Positions 25,901-35,332 of a DNA stretch of 57,369 bases are shown one piece after another. The translations under genes and the position numbers were made by a program. Numbering within the stretch: the stretch's first letter is position 1; the number at the start of each line of letters is the position of its first letter. A model generated the notes under the pieces. It made no database searches. It was not told the origin of the DNA and saw nothing but the letters and a program-made list of their open reading frames with translations. The DNA comes from an uncultured virus (IMG/VR IMGVR_UViG_3300046675_000098) (Duplodnaviria; Heunggongvirae; Uroviricota; Caudoviricetes): the IMG/VR virus record IMGVR_UViG_3300046675_000098, one strand, 5' to 3'.

Positions 25901-28280
25901 CGGTGGTCCAGAGCTTGAGGTTCCGGCCCGGTGCGTAGTTGTCCAGGATGGTGAGCACGGCCTGTGCCGACACCAGGTTCATACCGGGCCAGCCACCCAG
26001 GTCGGTACAGGGCAGGTCCGTATCAAGGTACGGATGCCAGGCCACCGCGTCACAGTTGGCGTAGACGCCAAGCTGACCCCAGCGCTCGAAGGTGCTGAGC
26101 GCTCCCTTGCCGGGAGGGTTCGGTGTGCCCAGCGTCTGGAACACCGTGTCTGCTGTTGACAAACCACCAGTGATGACCGTCATGCCCGGTACGGCAGCCT
26201 TGATGGCCGGATACACCGCCGCCATCATGTTGGCGAAGGCCACCCGGTAGTTGGCGTCAGTCACCGAAGCCACGTTCCAGAACGTCGCCAGGTTCGGCTC
26301 GTTCCAGATCTCTACCTGGTGCACGCCGAGGCTCCAGAGGTGCACACAGGCCGTAGCACACCAGTTGGCGAAGGTCGTGTTGCTAGTTGGTGGCGTCTTG
26401 TCGTTGGTCGAGCCGTTCATCCACTGCGGCAGGATGTACAGCACCGGCAGGGGCGTGATCCCCTTGCTCAGGTCAGCCAAGATCCACTTGTCAGCCACCG
26501 AGTAGTTGAACGTGCCCGCCGTGGGGCTGATCTGTGACACCGGGTAGTCACTGCGGTGCCAACCCACGCCGAGGTCTTGCATGAGGCTCGACTGTTGACT
26601 GATCAACAGGTCACTGGCGTAGGCACCCTGCTCCTGGGGCGTGGAGAACCCGGAGTTCACCTTGCCCTGGGAGAGGCTGAACCCCGCCGAACGAAGGACA
26701 TCGCCCCCGGTGTTGCGCCGCAGTGTGAACGGCTGCCACCCACTGGTGGGAGCAGCAGGCGCAGCAGGAGGAGCCACCTGGCCAGCAAGCGTCCCCGAGC
26801 CAGCGCCAAGCCCTGCTGACGAGCCCGCCAGTGCCACCATTGTGCTGAGCGCGCCAGTGACCGTGCCGACGCCGTCTGACTGACCTGAGAGGGCCACTGG
26901 ACCCGCAGGGGACACGTTGATGCTGTCCACGAACATGTCCGGGCCGACCGAACCACCGCACGAGACGTTAAGCGCCCAGAGGTCCGTGGAGAAGGCGTAC
27001 GTCGTGGAGGCGAAGGCGTTCCAGGTGCGCCCGTTCGGGCTCGTCTCCCAGAACAGCGTGGTACCAGAGTGCCGGATGCGGAGCCACGCGTGAGCCACCG
27101 GATCGTAGGGCACGCTGTTGAGATCAGCACCAGGTGACGTGGTGGCGATCAGGTTGAGGCCGTAGACGATGAAGCTGATGACCTGAGCACGGCTAGGGGT
27201 CTGGAGATCGAAGTGGGACTCCCGTCCCACTGCGGGTGTGGACGGCGTCCACTTGCAGTAGATGCTGCTGTTCTGGATGGTGTAGAAGGGGTTGGCGAAG
27301 TCCGTGCCCAGTGTGTAGAAGCTGCCCGTGCACTGGATGCCCACCCGCTGGTTGGCGCTGTCGTAGTAGGTACCGGGAGCGCCGCTGGTTGATACCCACT
27401 TGACCCGGTCCAGCGTGGTATCGAAGCTGTCGATGAGTTGACTGAACGGCAGGTACCGAGAGTTGAGGACCCGCACCGACTGGCGGTAGTTGAGCAACGG
27501 GGCTGTCGGCTGGGTCGGCGCTTGGCTGAGCACCCGTACCAACTGCCGAAAGTTCTCGACCGGTGACGTAGTCCCTAGAAGACCCACCCGAATCGAGTGT
27601 CGAGCATCACGCACGATGTCGGTGGCCGGACCCGCACCTTGGAGGCCCACCCGAGCCGACTGCCGAGCATCAGCCGCCGCCGAGAGCGGAGTTAGCGTCT
27701 GCGAGCCACGGAAGCTCTCACCGCCGCCCATGGCCACATACATGTCGTCGTAGAGCGTCGTGGTGCTGGTCGAGCCGTTGATTTGTACCGTGTCGAACAC
27801 GGTCTTGGTACCCGCCTGCTTCGTGTCCTGAGCGGTGAGTGCCAGACGTTGGGTGCCGTTGAGGTTGATGGTGACGACACCCACGGTGTCACTGAGCACT
27901 GCCTGGACTTCGACGTAGTACCAGGTGTTGATGGCGATGAGGCCAGTGGCCGTCGTGCCGATGACCGTGCCTGCGGAGTTGCCACGGCGCACCTGGATGG
28001 AGCCGTCAGTGAGCACAGTGAACGTGAGGTGCGCCGTGGCCCCGGTGTCCGAGTAGAGGCCGAGCAACTGACGAGGCGCCGACAGACTCGACACCTGCCA
28101 GGCGAAGCCGAGCGTGATGGTGGCCGACTCCAGCGTGGACGGGACCCGATACTGGTTGAAGCCTTGGAGGTTGAGATTCTGGGCGCAGTTTCCTGTGCGC
28201 CCCGCCACGATCGACCAGGGTGCCGAGTTGACACTCCAGTTGAAGAAGCTCTCGAACGGCTCCAGCAGCGCTGTTGTCAC
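22980..28280 (-). CDS. large baseplate wedge/tail protein: LamG-like, clan GH-A glycoside hydrolase, P2 gpI-like and repeat domains
   Basis: IWNEPN and TETG catalytic motifs; IPPFYQ..D...LRRFLAVLG...RGTLLGL wedge-type segment. Confidence 0.8.
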   Translation of the reverse strand: MTTALLEPFESFFNWSVNSAPWSIVAGRTGNCAQNLNLQGFNQYRVPSTLESATITLGFAWQVSSLSAPRQLLGLYSDTGATAHLTFTVLTDGSIQVRRGNSAGTVIGTTATGLIAINTWYYVEVQAVLSDTVGVVTINLNGTQRLALTAQDTKQAGTKTVFDTVQINGSTSTTTLYDDMYVAMGGGESFRGSQTLTPLSAAADARQSARVGLQGAGPATDIVRDARHSIRVGLLGTTSPVENFRQLVRVLSQAPTQPTAPLLNYRQSVRVLNSRYLPFSQLIDSFDTTLDRVKWVSTSGAPGTYYDSANQRVGIQCTGSFYTLGTDFANPFYTIQNSSIYCKWTPSTPAVGRESHFDLQTPSRAQVISFIVYGLNLIATTSPGADLNSVPYDPVAHAWLRIRHSGTTLFWETSPNGRTWNAFASTTYAFSTDLWALNVSCGGSVGPDMFVDSINVSPAGPVALSGQSDGVGTVTGALSTMVALAGSSAGLGAGSGTLAGQVAPPAAPAAPTSGWQPFTLRRNTGGDVLRSAGFSLSQGKVNSGFSTPQEQGAYASDLLISQQSSLMQDLGVGWHRSDYPVSQISPTAGTFNYSVADKWILADLSKGITPLPVLYILPQWMNGSTNDKTPPTSNTTFANWCATACVHLWSLGVHQVEIWNEPNLATFWNVASVTDANYRVAFANMMAAVYPAIKAAVPGMTVITGGLSTADTVFQTLGTPNPPGKGALSTFERWGQLGVYANCDAVAWHPYLDTDLPCTDLGGWPGMNLVSAQAVLTILDNYAPGRNLKLWTTETGAPRSVPISQAEQSNRAHNVFATIMPGGCMASIRSRMGPILWFTVIDRPSGGTREQSFGFVSNDLSAHYQVYNDMRTYWATPWPDSITAGIQSPLRYGPQDYVFDVVKGTTLTGTPYGYDAVLMRIQVPASVPNRGEMVLVRGGFGYPTTPLDGEPVFYNPDNLALPVTAQFNQQAWDKPLTEGRWYYYTLFVNVTSQPYPQPALWMAAATEKVLVPKMYGHADKLFGMIPPFYQGVDNQAAGDGQNGQLRRFLAVLGYDADYNRTLLDGILNIYDNDLAPLQFTQQVGANLGLPPESALGGARYRSLVGRLWELEGMRGTLLGLQEMIYAASNYQAIVIQGYNAVLSPDDAEFVNGVGHWLPYTNPHVLDMTNPIGPTHPPNDLYTYLQLRKYAGTYNSTGFATTLTLPQLPPEMGRGVMEIIEILVTIFPGLYGAVSNITGPVSFYPQTFAGLLAAVPPVVAGVVPNYYPVNTAGWWAGDMYTLPNAETTHWNGTAWVAGPGTVTRPTLGYVNAGAPAWMFPMGALPPANIAALNTGGPSISNVHPPVAWKSGDYVQLQDGTTWHLEYQTVGGHPGLFWVAGIATLTIPATMGALGPISGYNPKWQVADGSPAIAPPDLTTLRSTVPMITGRAQSNIPDRPWNPAQSYEMLYLYDSTRVSWVGQFFGPPGGTGTYLTTRDVVNINTQRSAPTGGTGTAWVDAGAIAAGATATNKMLGSHVAAASSSPGGTITLPAGWNRTSWPADVFAPSGVAWTNVAGDGIGWQPASNVTLAEFNVMFIGGIAANTPVLAGTIIALFIGGVEHSRSTADGIHPILAHLTNASVLAGQVCEIRIWCPSSQDFYTTTTPTYSYATYPFWRIAQSVAIPATSGVWKSTVAGHFSISAILTPSTADYTGMQPFWVMKNRLTIASGYLNNDNGELCRITTDTDIAVNDIVYVALQRNYIVSVTQRLSNLTYSPGLVLARWEVV

Positions 28281-29278
28281 ACCACTTCAACCCCTGATTG
28301 AAGCGCGTTGACGTTGGCGATCGTCCAGGCCGCTGACGTCTCCGGGTCGGTGGGCAGCATGTACTGGAACGCAACGTAAGTCGTAGCGAGCGTCAGTGCG
28401 GCAGTCTTGTTGTCAGCCGCACGTCGGTTCACGATCCTGACCTGACGAAGGTTCACCGCGTCAGTCTTGGCCAGGTACGCCGAATGGCACACACCTACTA
28501 TCGTCCCTGTTGAGTGAACAAGATCCGTGAGTGTGTACATGTCCTGATGACCTGACACCGAATCAGCCACGTAGTCAGTGGTGTCAGGAACACCCACCTC
28601 GTCAACCAGCAGATAGTTGTTCACGGAATCAGCATCCGAACCAACCCACTGATTGGCGTTGCCGTTGCCGTTCGGGTACAGCGTCTCGATCACGATGTCA
28701 CCAAGGAACGTGTCCCCAGTGCCGGACATGAGGTAGAGGTCATCGAAGTACGGAGTGGTGGCTGAGCCAACCCTGAGCGATATGGAATCGAACGTGGTCT
28801 TGGTCCCATTGTTCTTGGTATCCAGGTTCGATAGCGGACCAATGACCGTCACACCGTTCACCCGCACGATCGCGGTGCCTACGGTGTCGGACAACTTGGC
28901 CTGAAGCTCGACGTAGTACCAGACGCCAATGTTGAGGAGACCGGCCACGCTGGAACCGAGGATAGCGAAGCCAGCGCTGCTGCTACGGCCCACGTCGATG
29001 GAGCCGGTTGACGTGAGCCGCAACGAGACGTGGGCCGTGGCCGTGGCGTCGGAAGTCAAGGCGAAGAAGTCACTCGTTGACGCTGGCAGCGAACCGAACT
29101 TAACAGCAAACCCAACGGTGAAGGTGTCCGCTTCCTGAGCGGCGGGGACCGTGTAGTAGCTGTTGTTGATGGTCCCGGCGAACTGGAAGCAGTTGCCGTT
29201 GCGCCCAGCGCCGATGGTGGGGATGTAGGCGGTCCAACACGTCAGGTCTTCACAGCCGTCGAGCAGAATCAATGCCAT
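28277..29278 (-). CDS. LamG/concanavalin-like tail protein (paralog 2)
   Basis: WYYVELQ...VRVNG...FDDLYL. Confidence 0.75.
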   Translation of the reverse strand: MALILLDGCEDLTCWTAYIPTIGAGRNGNCFQFAGTINNSYYTVPAAQEADTFTVGFAVKFGSLPASTSDFFALTSDATATAHVSLRLTSTGSIDVGRSSSAGFAILGSSVAGLLNIGVWYYVELQAKLSDTVGTAIVRVNGVTVIGPLSNLDTKNNGTKTTFDSISLRVGSATTPYFDDLYLMSGTGDTFLGDIVIETLYPNGNGNANQWVGSDADSVNNYLLVDEVGVPDTTDYVADSVSGHQDMYTLTDLVHSTGTIVGVCHSAYLAKTDAVNLRQVRIVNRRAADNKTAALTLATTYVAFQYMLPTDPETSAAWTIANVNALQSGVEVV

Positions 29279-30262
29279 CTAGCTCACCTCCACACCACTC
29301 TGGAGCGAGTCCAGGTTCGAGTACGTCCATGCCGCGCCGGTCTCAGGATCTGTTGTCAAGCACCAGTGGTATGCCGCCAACGTGGGCTGCAACGTCTGCG
29401 TGACCTTGGTATCCGAGTTGCGACGGTTCACTTGCTTGAACGATGTCAGGTTCGTGGAGGTACCAACGACCGACTGATGACACACCCCCAGAACCAAGCC
29501 CGTCCGGAGCGTGGGGTTGCCCGTGGCGTACATGTCCTGCTGCCCGCTGGTGGAGCCACCTGTGTAGTCACTGATGCTAGGAGGATTCTCGGACACGAGC
29601 AGGTAGTTGTTTGTTGAGTCACCATCACTGCCCACCCAGGCGTTGGCGTTGCCGTTGCCGTTCGGGTACAGCGTCTCCACTAGGCAGTCACCGAGGAACG
29701 AGTCCCCCGTGCCGGTCATCAGGTAGAGATCATCGAAGCTGATAGTCAGGCCGCTACCGTTGCCCAGCTTGATCGTGTCAGTCGTCGTCTTGGTACCAGC
29801 GGCCTTGGTATCAAGGCCCGTCAGTGGTCCGAGCACCGTCACGCCGTTGACCCGTATCGTGCCCGTGCCGAGGGTGTCGTGCATCCTCGTTTGCAACTCG
29901 ACGTAGTACCACGTGTTCACGGCAGCGATCACGCCCACCCCAGTGGTACCGAGCGTGTTCCCGCCCCGAGTGAACGTCAACGACCCGTTGGCGTTCAACC
30001 GGACCGACTGATGAAACGTCACCCCAGCGTCTGAGTAGAGGCTGACAACGTCAACGGTCCCGCTAAACGCCGAAATCTTAAATGCCACGCCCAACGTGAC
30101 AGTGTCAGACTCCTGGGCCGAGGGGATAGTGAAGCTCATGCTGGCCGAGATACTAGGAGTGCTCACTCCGTTAGCGGTTCGACCAGCACCGATCGTCCAC
30201 CCCCCCAAGCCGACGACCCAGGCGAACAGATCCTCGAAGCCGTCTACCAGGATGAGTGACAT
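29279..30262 (-). CDS. LamG/concanavalin-like tail protein (paralog 1)
   Basis: full-length similarity to 28277..29278. Confidence 0.75.
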   Translation of the reverse strand: MSLILVDGFEDLFAWVVGLGGWTIGAGRTANGVSTPSISASMSFTIPSAQESDTVTLGVAFKISAFSGTVDVVSLYSDAGVTFHQSVRLNANGSLTFTRGGNTLGTTGVGVIAAVNTWYYVELQTRMHDTLGTGTIRVNGVTVLGPLTGLDTKAAGTKTTTDTIKLGNGSGLTISFDDLYLMTGTGDSFLGDCLVETLYPNGNGNANAWVGSDGDSTNNYLLVSENPPSISDYTGGSTSGQQDMYATGNPTLRTGLVLGVCHQSVVGTSTNLTSFKQVNRRNSDTKVTQTLQPTLAAYHWCLTTDPETGAAWTYSNLDSLQSGVEVS

Positions 30263-31806
30263 CAGACAAGACCTCCTGAGCCCGTGACGGTGATGTGCCC
30301 CGCCGCAGCGTCAGACACAGGGATGCGCGTCGGCCCCGCCTGAATGTCCTGCACGGCGGCGGTACCGATGGGGTTACCGGGCACGCTGTCATCGAGTGGT
30401 ACCAACGTGGTCAACTCGATCCAGTCCACACCAGACACGTTGAGCGCCGCGTGGTACACCTCACCCCGGCTCACCAGAGCCCCGAAGTCGATCTCGGGGT
30501 TGTCGAAGGAGAAGACGTTGATGATGGCCTGTGTCACGGCGTTCACCACCGTCAACTGGCCGTACTGCGGGAGCACATGCACCGTCAGGGCCACCCGCAC
30601 GTAGGTGTAGATGTAGTCCGTGGTACTAAATGGGTGCATCTCCAGGGTCACACCCACCAGCGAGCGATCCTGGAGATACTGGGACACCGCCAGCATCAGG
30701 TCAGCGTTCGGGTAGCCACCACCTACGGGAGCTACGTACACCTTGATCTGGGAGTAGAACTCCCCCGTCGCCACAGCCTTGCCCACACCCGGCACCTGGA
30801 AGCACAGATCGGCGTAGTCCTGGAGCGTGATGGCGCGGTCCCGGAGCTTGGAGGCCCGCGGGATGCCGTGACGCATCGAGTCGATGCTCTCGTTGTCGGC
30901 GCCGTTCTGGAAGGCCGTGAAGTTGTTCACTGACACTGACGGAACAGGCGGCGTGATGAGCGTGATGGCCCCCGGTGCCACGTTGCCTCGGGCTCCCTGG
31001 CCGTAGCGGTACGTCACATGCAACTCAGCGCCGACCGGAGGGATGCGCCCCGCCACGTTGTCACCGAAGACGATGTGCACGAAGCCCCGGTCATCCGCAT
31101 ACGTTGTGTAAACACTGGCGTCAGGGTCAGTGTCAGTGAGGTTGTCCACGTAGGTCCACGTCTGGAGCAACGGGATCGGCTCCGTGCCCAGCGGCTCCAG
31201 TTGATCCGTCTCCCGCACCCGCAACACCATGGAGCGGTGGATGACACCCTGGTAGGCCATCACGTACTCCTGGAGCGGAGCACCGTTGGACAGGGCCAGT
31301 AGTTCGTCACTGACGGTGCGCCCCTCCTGAGCACCGGCCGTCGCCGTCAGCACAGGAGGTGTGGAACTGCTGTTCAGGTAGGCGTCACCGATCGTCTCGA
31401 AGCTCACCGCCACCGTGGTCTGACCCACCGCCGTCTGCACCACCGTGCCACCCGGGACAGTCACCGCGCCAGCGGTGGAGGCAGAGTCCAGGGTGAACGT
31501 GACGATGCCCGTAGCCGCCTGCTGGCTGATGGGGACGTACCCCAGCATGTCAGCAATACCTAGTACCGATTGGCGCCGGACAGCAGTAGCCAAGAACGGC
31601 TCAGCGGCGACACGGTCGATGTAGTAGTTGAGCACGTCGCCTACGTAGGCCCACAACTCCAAGAGCATCGTGCCGAAGTCGGCGGGCTCCCCCACCGTCT
31701 TCCACTCGGGGAGCATGCCTCCTGCCGCCGACACTAGGAACATCCGGATCGACTCATAGTCCCGGTTCGTGTAGTCCAACTCCACCGACGTGGTGCTGTT
31801 GCTCAT
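30262..31806 (-). CDS. baseplate J-like wedge protein
   Basis: DYTNRDYES, YYIDRVA.E, FGD...GRIP, RAITLQDY. Confidence 0.9.
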   Translation of the reverse strand: MSNSTTSVELDYTNRDYESIRMFLVSAAGGMLPEWKTVGEPADFGTMLLELWAYVGDVLNYYIDRVAAEPFLATAVRRQSVLGIADMLGYVPISQQAATGIVTFTLDSASTAGAVTVPGGTVVQTAVGQTTVAVSFETIGDAYLNSSSTPPVLTATAGAQEGRTVSDELLALSNGAPLQEYVMAYQGVIHRSMVLRVRETDQLEPLGTEPIPLLQTWTYVDNLTDTDPDASVYTTYADDRGFVHIVFGDNVAGRIPPVGAELHVTYRYGQGARGNVAPGAITLITPPVPSVSVNNFTAFQNGADNESIDSMRHGIPRASKLRDRAITLQDYADLCFQVPGVGKAVATGEFYSQIKVYVAPVGGGYPNADLMLAVSQYLQDRSLVGVTLEMHPFSTTDYIYTYVRVALTVHVLPQYGQLTVVNAVTQAIINVFSFDNPEIDFGALVSRGEVYHAALNVSGVDWIELTTLVPLDDSVPGNPIGTAAVQDIQAGPTRIPVSDAAAGHITVTGSGGLV

Positions 31807-32195
31807 AGCGTGCTCTCCTGACTGATGAACGCCAACGTGGGCATCCTGAGCACGCGCACCTCATCCTGCGGCCCAGCACGGTAGGACACATCGACCGTCA
31901 ACTGCCCGGAGGCGTTCCGGTCGATAGAGAAGCCCACGGTCTGCATCGTGACCCGAGGCGCCCACTGCTGGATCTTCTCCATCACCTGACGAGCCGCGTC
32001 AGAGCGCACCAGTTCCTCAGCCGGGTCAAAGAGGGCGGCGCGCATGTTGGCACCATAGATGGGCCGCATGATCCGCTCGGCGTTGTTGGTCATCAGCACA
32101 TCGACCAACTGGGCCTGCACCAGTTCGGGGTACGACTCGGTCGTGGCCACGTGACCGTTGAGGTCGAGGTGGAAGGGGAACGAGAGAGCTTTCAT
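31803..32195 (-). CDS. gp25/GPW-like baseplate wedge (sheath initiator)
   Basis: LSFPF, ERIMRP.YG, W.PRV. Confidence 0.88.
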   Translation of the reverse strand: MKALSFPFHLDLNGHVATTESYPELVQAQLVDVLMTNNAERIMRPIYGANMRAALFDPAEELVRSDAARQVMEKIQQWAPRVTMQTVGFSIDRNASGQLTVDVSYRAGPQDEVRVLRMPTLAFISQESTL

Positions 32196-32196
32196 G

Positions 32197-33342
32197 TCAC
32201 CTCCACGTCGAGATCCATGTGCCATCCCCTGCGGGGATCAAGGTGGGCAGCCCCTTGGAAGAGCCGATCCAGAACGGTATCTCGGAGTACCAGTTGGAAG
32301 CACGGAACGCCGGTCGGCCCAGGGTCATGGTGGTCGTGAACCGGTTGGCCCCTACCGAATGCTGCACCGTCTTGACGTACCACAGCCCGTCATACTCCGG
32401 CACTGATGACTCAGCCAGCCGGTTGCCAGTGTTGACCTGGAGGATGGTGGCGGGCTCGATGGTGGCGTCTCCCGCCGACGTGATGTCAGCGACCTGGTTC
32501 CACTGGGGGTAGTAGAACCCCTGCTGAAGATCCGTGGCCTCGTTCATCGAGCGCGCTGGCATGTCGGTGGCGAACCGCTGTGGGATCGGCCCGATGCGTC
32601 CCGTAGCAGGCACGTACACCGCTTGCCCGCCCTCCAGGTAGGACATGGCGGGAGTGCGGTAGGTGGGATCGATGGTGGACAGGCTCACCGGCTGGAAGCT
32701 GAAGATCGACCCCTGGCTGGAGTCACTGTCGTCCTGGATGGGTAGCTGCGAGCGCAACTGGAGGAAGTGGGACGGCAACTGCCGGAAGCCGATGTCGTTG
32801 TAGTCGATGAGCCGCACCACTCCCCGTTGAGTCACCACGTGGGCACCGATGCGATCAGCCAGAGCTAGTATCGCCTCCCAGTCCGTCTCGGATGTCTGCG
32901 CCAGTGAACGCCACGAAGACTGGGTGCTCTTCGTCTCGTCGGAGAAACCCAGATTGTTGTCGGCCACAACCCGGGCGATGGCCTGCGAGATCGTGGAGTT
33001 GGAGAAGAAGCGCGGCTGGTTGCCCTTCATCACCATGGACGGCCCCAGCGTCACGATCTCCTGCTCGGTGGCGTACTGCGTGCCGGTGTAGGTCCGCTGC
33101 GGGTTGATCTCAGCCACGTAACCCAGGAACGTCTGCATCGAGCCTGGCGAGCCGTAGGTGAAGCTGCACCGGGAGCCCAGCATGGACGAGAAGTCCTGGA
33201 TTCGGCTGTGCACGAAGATGCTGGCCTTCTCATGCTCGTTCTCGGCCTTAGTGACGCTGACGTGACGCACCTGCGGTGTCTGTGCTCCCTCCACCCAGAG
33301 GTCACGGAAGGCCGTGAGGTTGCTGTCGAGGCGCGTCGTCAT
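32197..33342 (-). CDS. baseplate hub (phage late control D / VgrG-like)
   Basis: Q..ETDW...LA.RIG, G.WYV..V.H. Confidence 0.8.
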   Translation of the reverse strand: MTTRLDSNLTAFRDLWVEGAQTPQVRHVSVTKAENEHEKASIFVHSRIQDFSSMLGSRCSFTYGSPGSMQTFLGYVAEINPQRTYTGTQYATEQEIVTLGPSMVMKGNQPRFFSNSTISQAIARVVADNNLGFSDETKSTQSSWRSLAQTSETDWEAILALADRIGAHVVTQRGVVRLIDYNDIGFRQLPSHFLQLRSQLPIQDDSDSSQGSIFSFQPVSLSTIDPTYRTPAMSYLEGGQAVYVPATGRIGPIPQRFATDMPARSMNEATDLQQGFYYPQWNQVADITSAGDATIEPATILQVNTGNRLAESSVPEYDGLWYVKTVQHSVGANRFTTTMTLGRPAFRASNWYSEIPFWIGSSKGLPTLIPAGDGTWISTWR

Positions 33343-33611
33343 TGCGGCACCCGCAGTGAGTCACCAGGCCAGGAGTCGAGGGGGTAGAACCACTGAGGGT
33401 TGGCGTCAGCCACCCTCCACCAGCGATCCGGGTCCTTGTACGCCTGTTGTGCCAACAGAGTCATGTTGTCACCCTCACGCATCATCGCGAGGCTGTAAGG
33501 GCTGGTGAGGGACGTCATCGTGTTGAGGTACACGGTCTGCTTGTTGCCGCGACTCGACGCCACCCACATCATGTCGCCTTCGAGGTACCGGGAACCAGCG
33601 AGGATGCTCAT
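33339..33611 (-). CDS. LysM/tail-X-like baseplate protein
   Basis: GD....LA...Y.DP..WW.VADANP; start MSILAGSRY. Confidence 0.8.
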   Translation of the reverse strand: MSILAGSRYLEGDMMWVASSRGNKQTVYLNTMTSLTSPYSLAMMREGDNMTLLAQQAYKDPDRWWRVADANPQWFYPLDSWPGDSLRVPQ

Positions 33612-35332
33612 GTGCTCCCCTTGATCGGTCCAGGACGCATGATGTACGAGAACGGGCCGTAGCCGTTGCCACCGAAGATCTCTCTGGTGGTGTACGTACG
33701 GATTCGCACGTTCACATTGTTGTTCGCCGTAGCAGCTTCGATGACTGACCACTGCCACTGCCACATGTCAGCGTGGTCATTGACGAAGGAGACGATCATC
33801 GCTGCGTGCCCCGTGTCGTCGGGACCGTGGGTACCCTTCGACCGAATGAGAACGTCTCCCACATTGGGGCCGTACCACTTCTTGCTACCGATCTCCTTCT
33901 TGGCCTTATTACGAGTGTCCTCATCGAAGAGGTAGTAGTTGAAGTACTCGGCGTCCACGATGGTGCCCGTAGGCGACCCACCTGTGAGCAGTTGCCGAGG
34001 CTGCCACAGATCCGTGTGTGCCTTCGCCGCGTTGATGAAGTCCTCAGACACCGTGGGGAAACCACGGTCCAACTTCAGCATGTCGCACCAGCCGGTGAGC
34101 ACGTGGTAGGACCGGTAGACCAAGGTGGAACAGTCGAACCCCCCTGGCTGATGGTCAAGATGATCTGGTGAGTTAGCAGCATTCTCGCGCATGTCGAACT
34201 TGTCGTTGCCAGCGTTGGCGTTACGCAGAGGTAGGCTGTAGGGCACGGCCTTCTTGCTACCCGAGGGCGTGGTGGTCCACGACGAGGCCCAGTCCACTGC
34301 CAGCCGCCGACCGTCATAGTTGTACTGGTCGGCCGCAGCTTTCGAGGCCACAGTGAACGTCGAGGTGGCATCGCTGAACAGCGCCGCATTGGCTTGCGAG
34401 TCAGCCAACGCCTTCTGTGTGGCCGGGTCGTAGGGAGTGGCATCGAACTGTTGCCCGGTATAGGTGATCAGGAGCGTGAGCGACAACGTCATGCGCGTGG
34501 GAGTCATGCGATGACTGAACTTCTGGAACAGAGCACTGGCGCTCTGGATCGTGCCCTGGAACATCAGGTTCGGGCTCATAATAAAAGCGAGCCGCATCGA
34601 CGTGTCCACCATGAGGGACTGAGAGGACTTGAGGTAGTCAGCCGTGACCTGCGCGTTGATCTTGGGGTCCGTGGACGCCTGCGTAGCCAGGTACTTCTGC
34701 TGGAGCATGTCGATGTCGGTGTGAGTGAACGGCATCTGTCCCGCCAGCATGTCGAACACGGCCAGGTCGAGCAGCACGCCCGGATGGTTCTTGTACATCA
34801 TCACCTCCTCGCCCCGGTCGAAGAACAGTTCGATCGACACCGTCGTGGTGGTGAAGGCCGGAGTAGACGCGCTGGTCGGATCACTCGTATCGAGGGTCTT
34901 GAGCCCAGCCGTGTCGGCGTAGCTCAAGTACTGCCGCTGGATCTCGGCCGGGTTGAACATGAAGAACAACCGGGTGTTGCGCGCCTTGTCCGCAGCACTC
35001 AGGTTGGGCAGGTTGAAGTCAACGGCATCGAGACGGCGAGCGTAGCCCCGCAGGATCTTGCTGCCGTCCATGTAGCCAGGCATGGTGCCGGTGTTGCCCA
35101 CACCGATGAACGGTGGGTTCTGGTACTGGCTGACGAGATCAGCCGGTCCCTTGATGGCATCCCAGTCGTTGCGCTCATACAGCGCCACCTCAGTGCCATG
35201 GAGGTCCAGGTCCGGGATGGTTGGCACCCACGCCGCGTTGTCCTTCGGCGTACCCGTCCAGCCGTAGGGCTGCCCACCACCGATGGTGTAGGACGGGCTG
35301 CGTTGCCCAGGGAGGGGCCAGGAGACAGCCAT
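33608..35332 (-). CDS. tube initiator/baseplate protein fused to an NlpC/P60 peptidase
   Basis: FMFNP.EI N-terminal domain; GFDCSTLV and GHAAM catalytic Cys/His. Confidence 0.75.
   Translation of the reverse strand: MAVSWPLPGQRSPSYTIGGGQPYGWTGTPKDNAAWVPTIPDLDLHGTEVALYERNDWDAIKGPADLVSQYQNPPFIGVGNTGTMPGYMDGSKILRGYARRLDAVDFNLPNLSAADKARNTRLFFMFNPAEIQRQYLSYADTAGLKTLDTSDPTSASTPAFTTTTVSIELFFDRGEEVMMYKNHPGVLLDLAVFDMLAGQMPFTHTDIDMLQQKYLATQASTDPKINAQVTADYLKSSQSLMVDTSMRLAFIMSPNLMFQGTIQSASALFQKFSHRMTPTRMTLSLTLLITYTGQQFDATPYDPATQKALADSQANAALFSDATSTFTVASKAAADQYNYDGRRLAVDWASSWTTTPSGSKKAVPYSLPLRNANAGNDKFDMRENAANSPDHLDHQPGGFDCSTLVYRSYHVLTGWCDMLKLDRGFPTVSEDFINAAKAHTDLWQPRQLLTGGSPTGTIVDAEYFNYYLFDEDTRNKAKKEIGSKKWYGPNVGDVLIRSKGTHGPDDTGHAAMIVSFVNDHADMWQWQWSVIEAATANNNVNVRIRTYTTREIFGGNGYGPFSYIMRPGPIKGST

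Noticed and set aside
27690..30262. Diversity-generating retroelement (template/variable repeat pair)
   Set aside because: No reverse transcriptase in the window; differences between paralogs are not adenine-specific and the identical block is in a conserved linker.
33740..33752. CACTGCCACTGCC, a near match to the 13-mer
   Set aside because: Two mismatches and explained by Trp-Gln-Trp-Gln coding; not counted.
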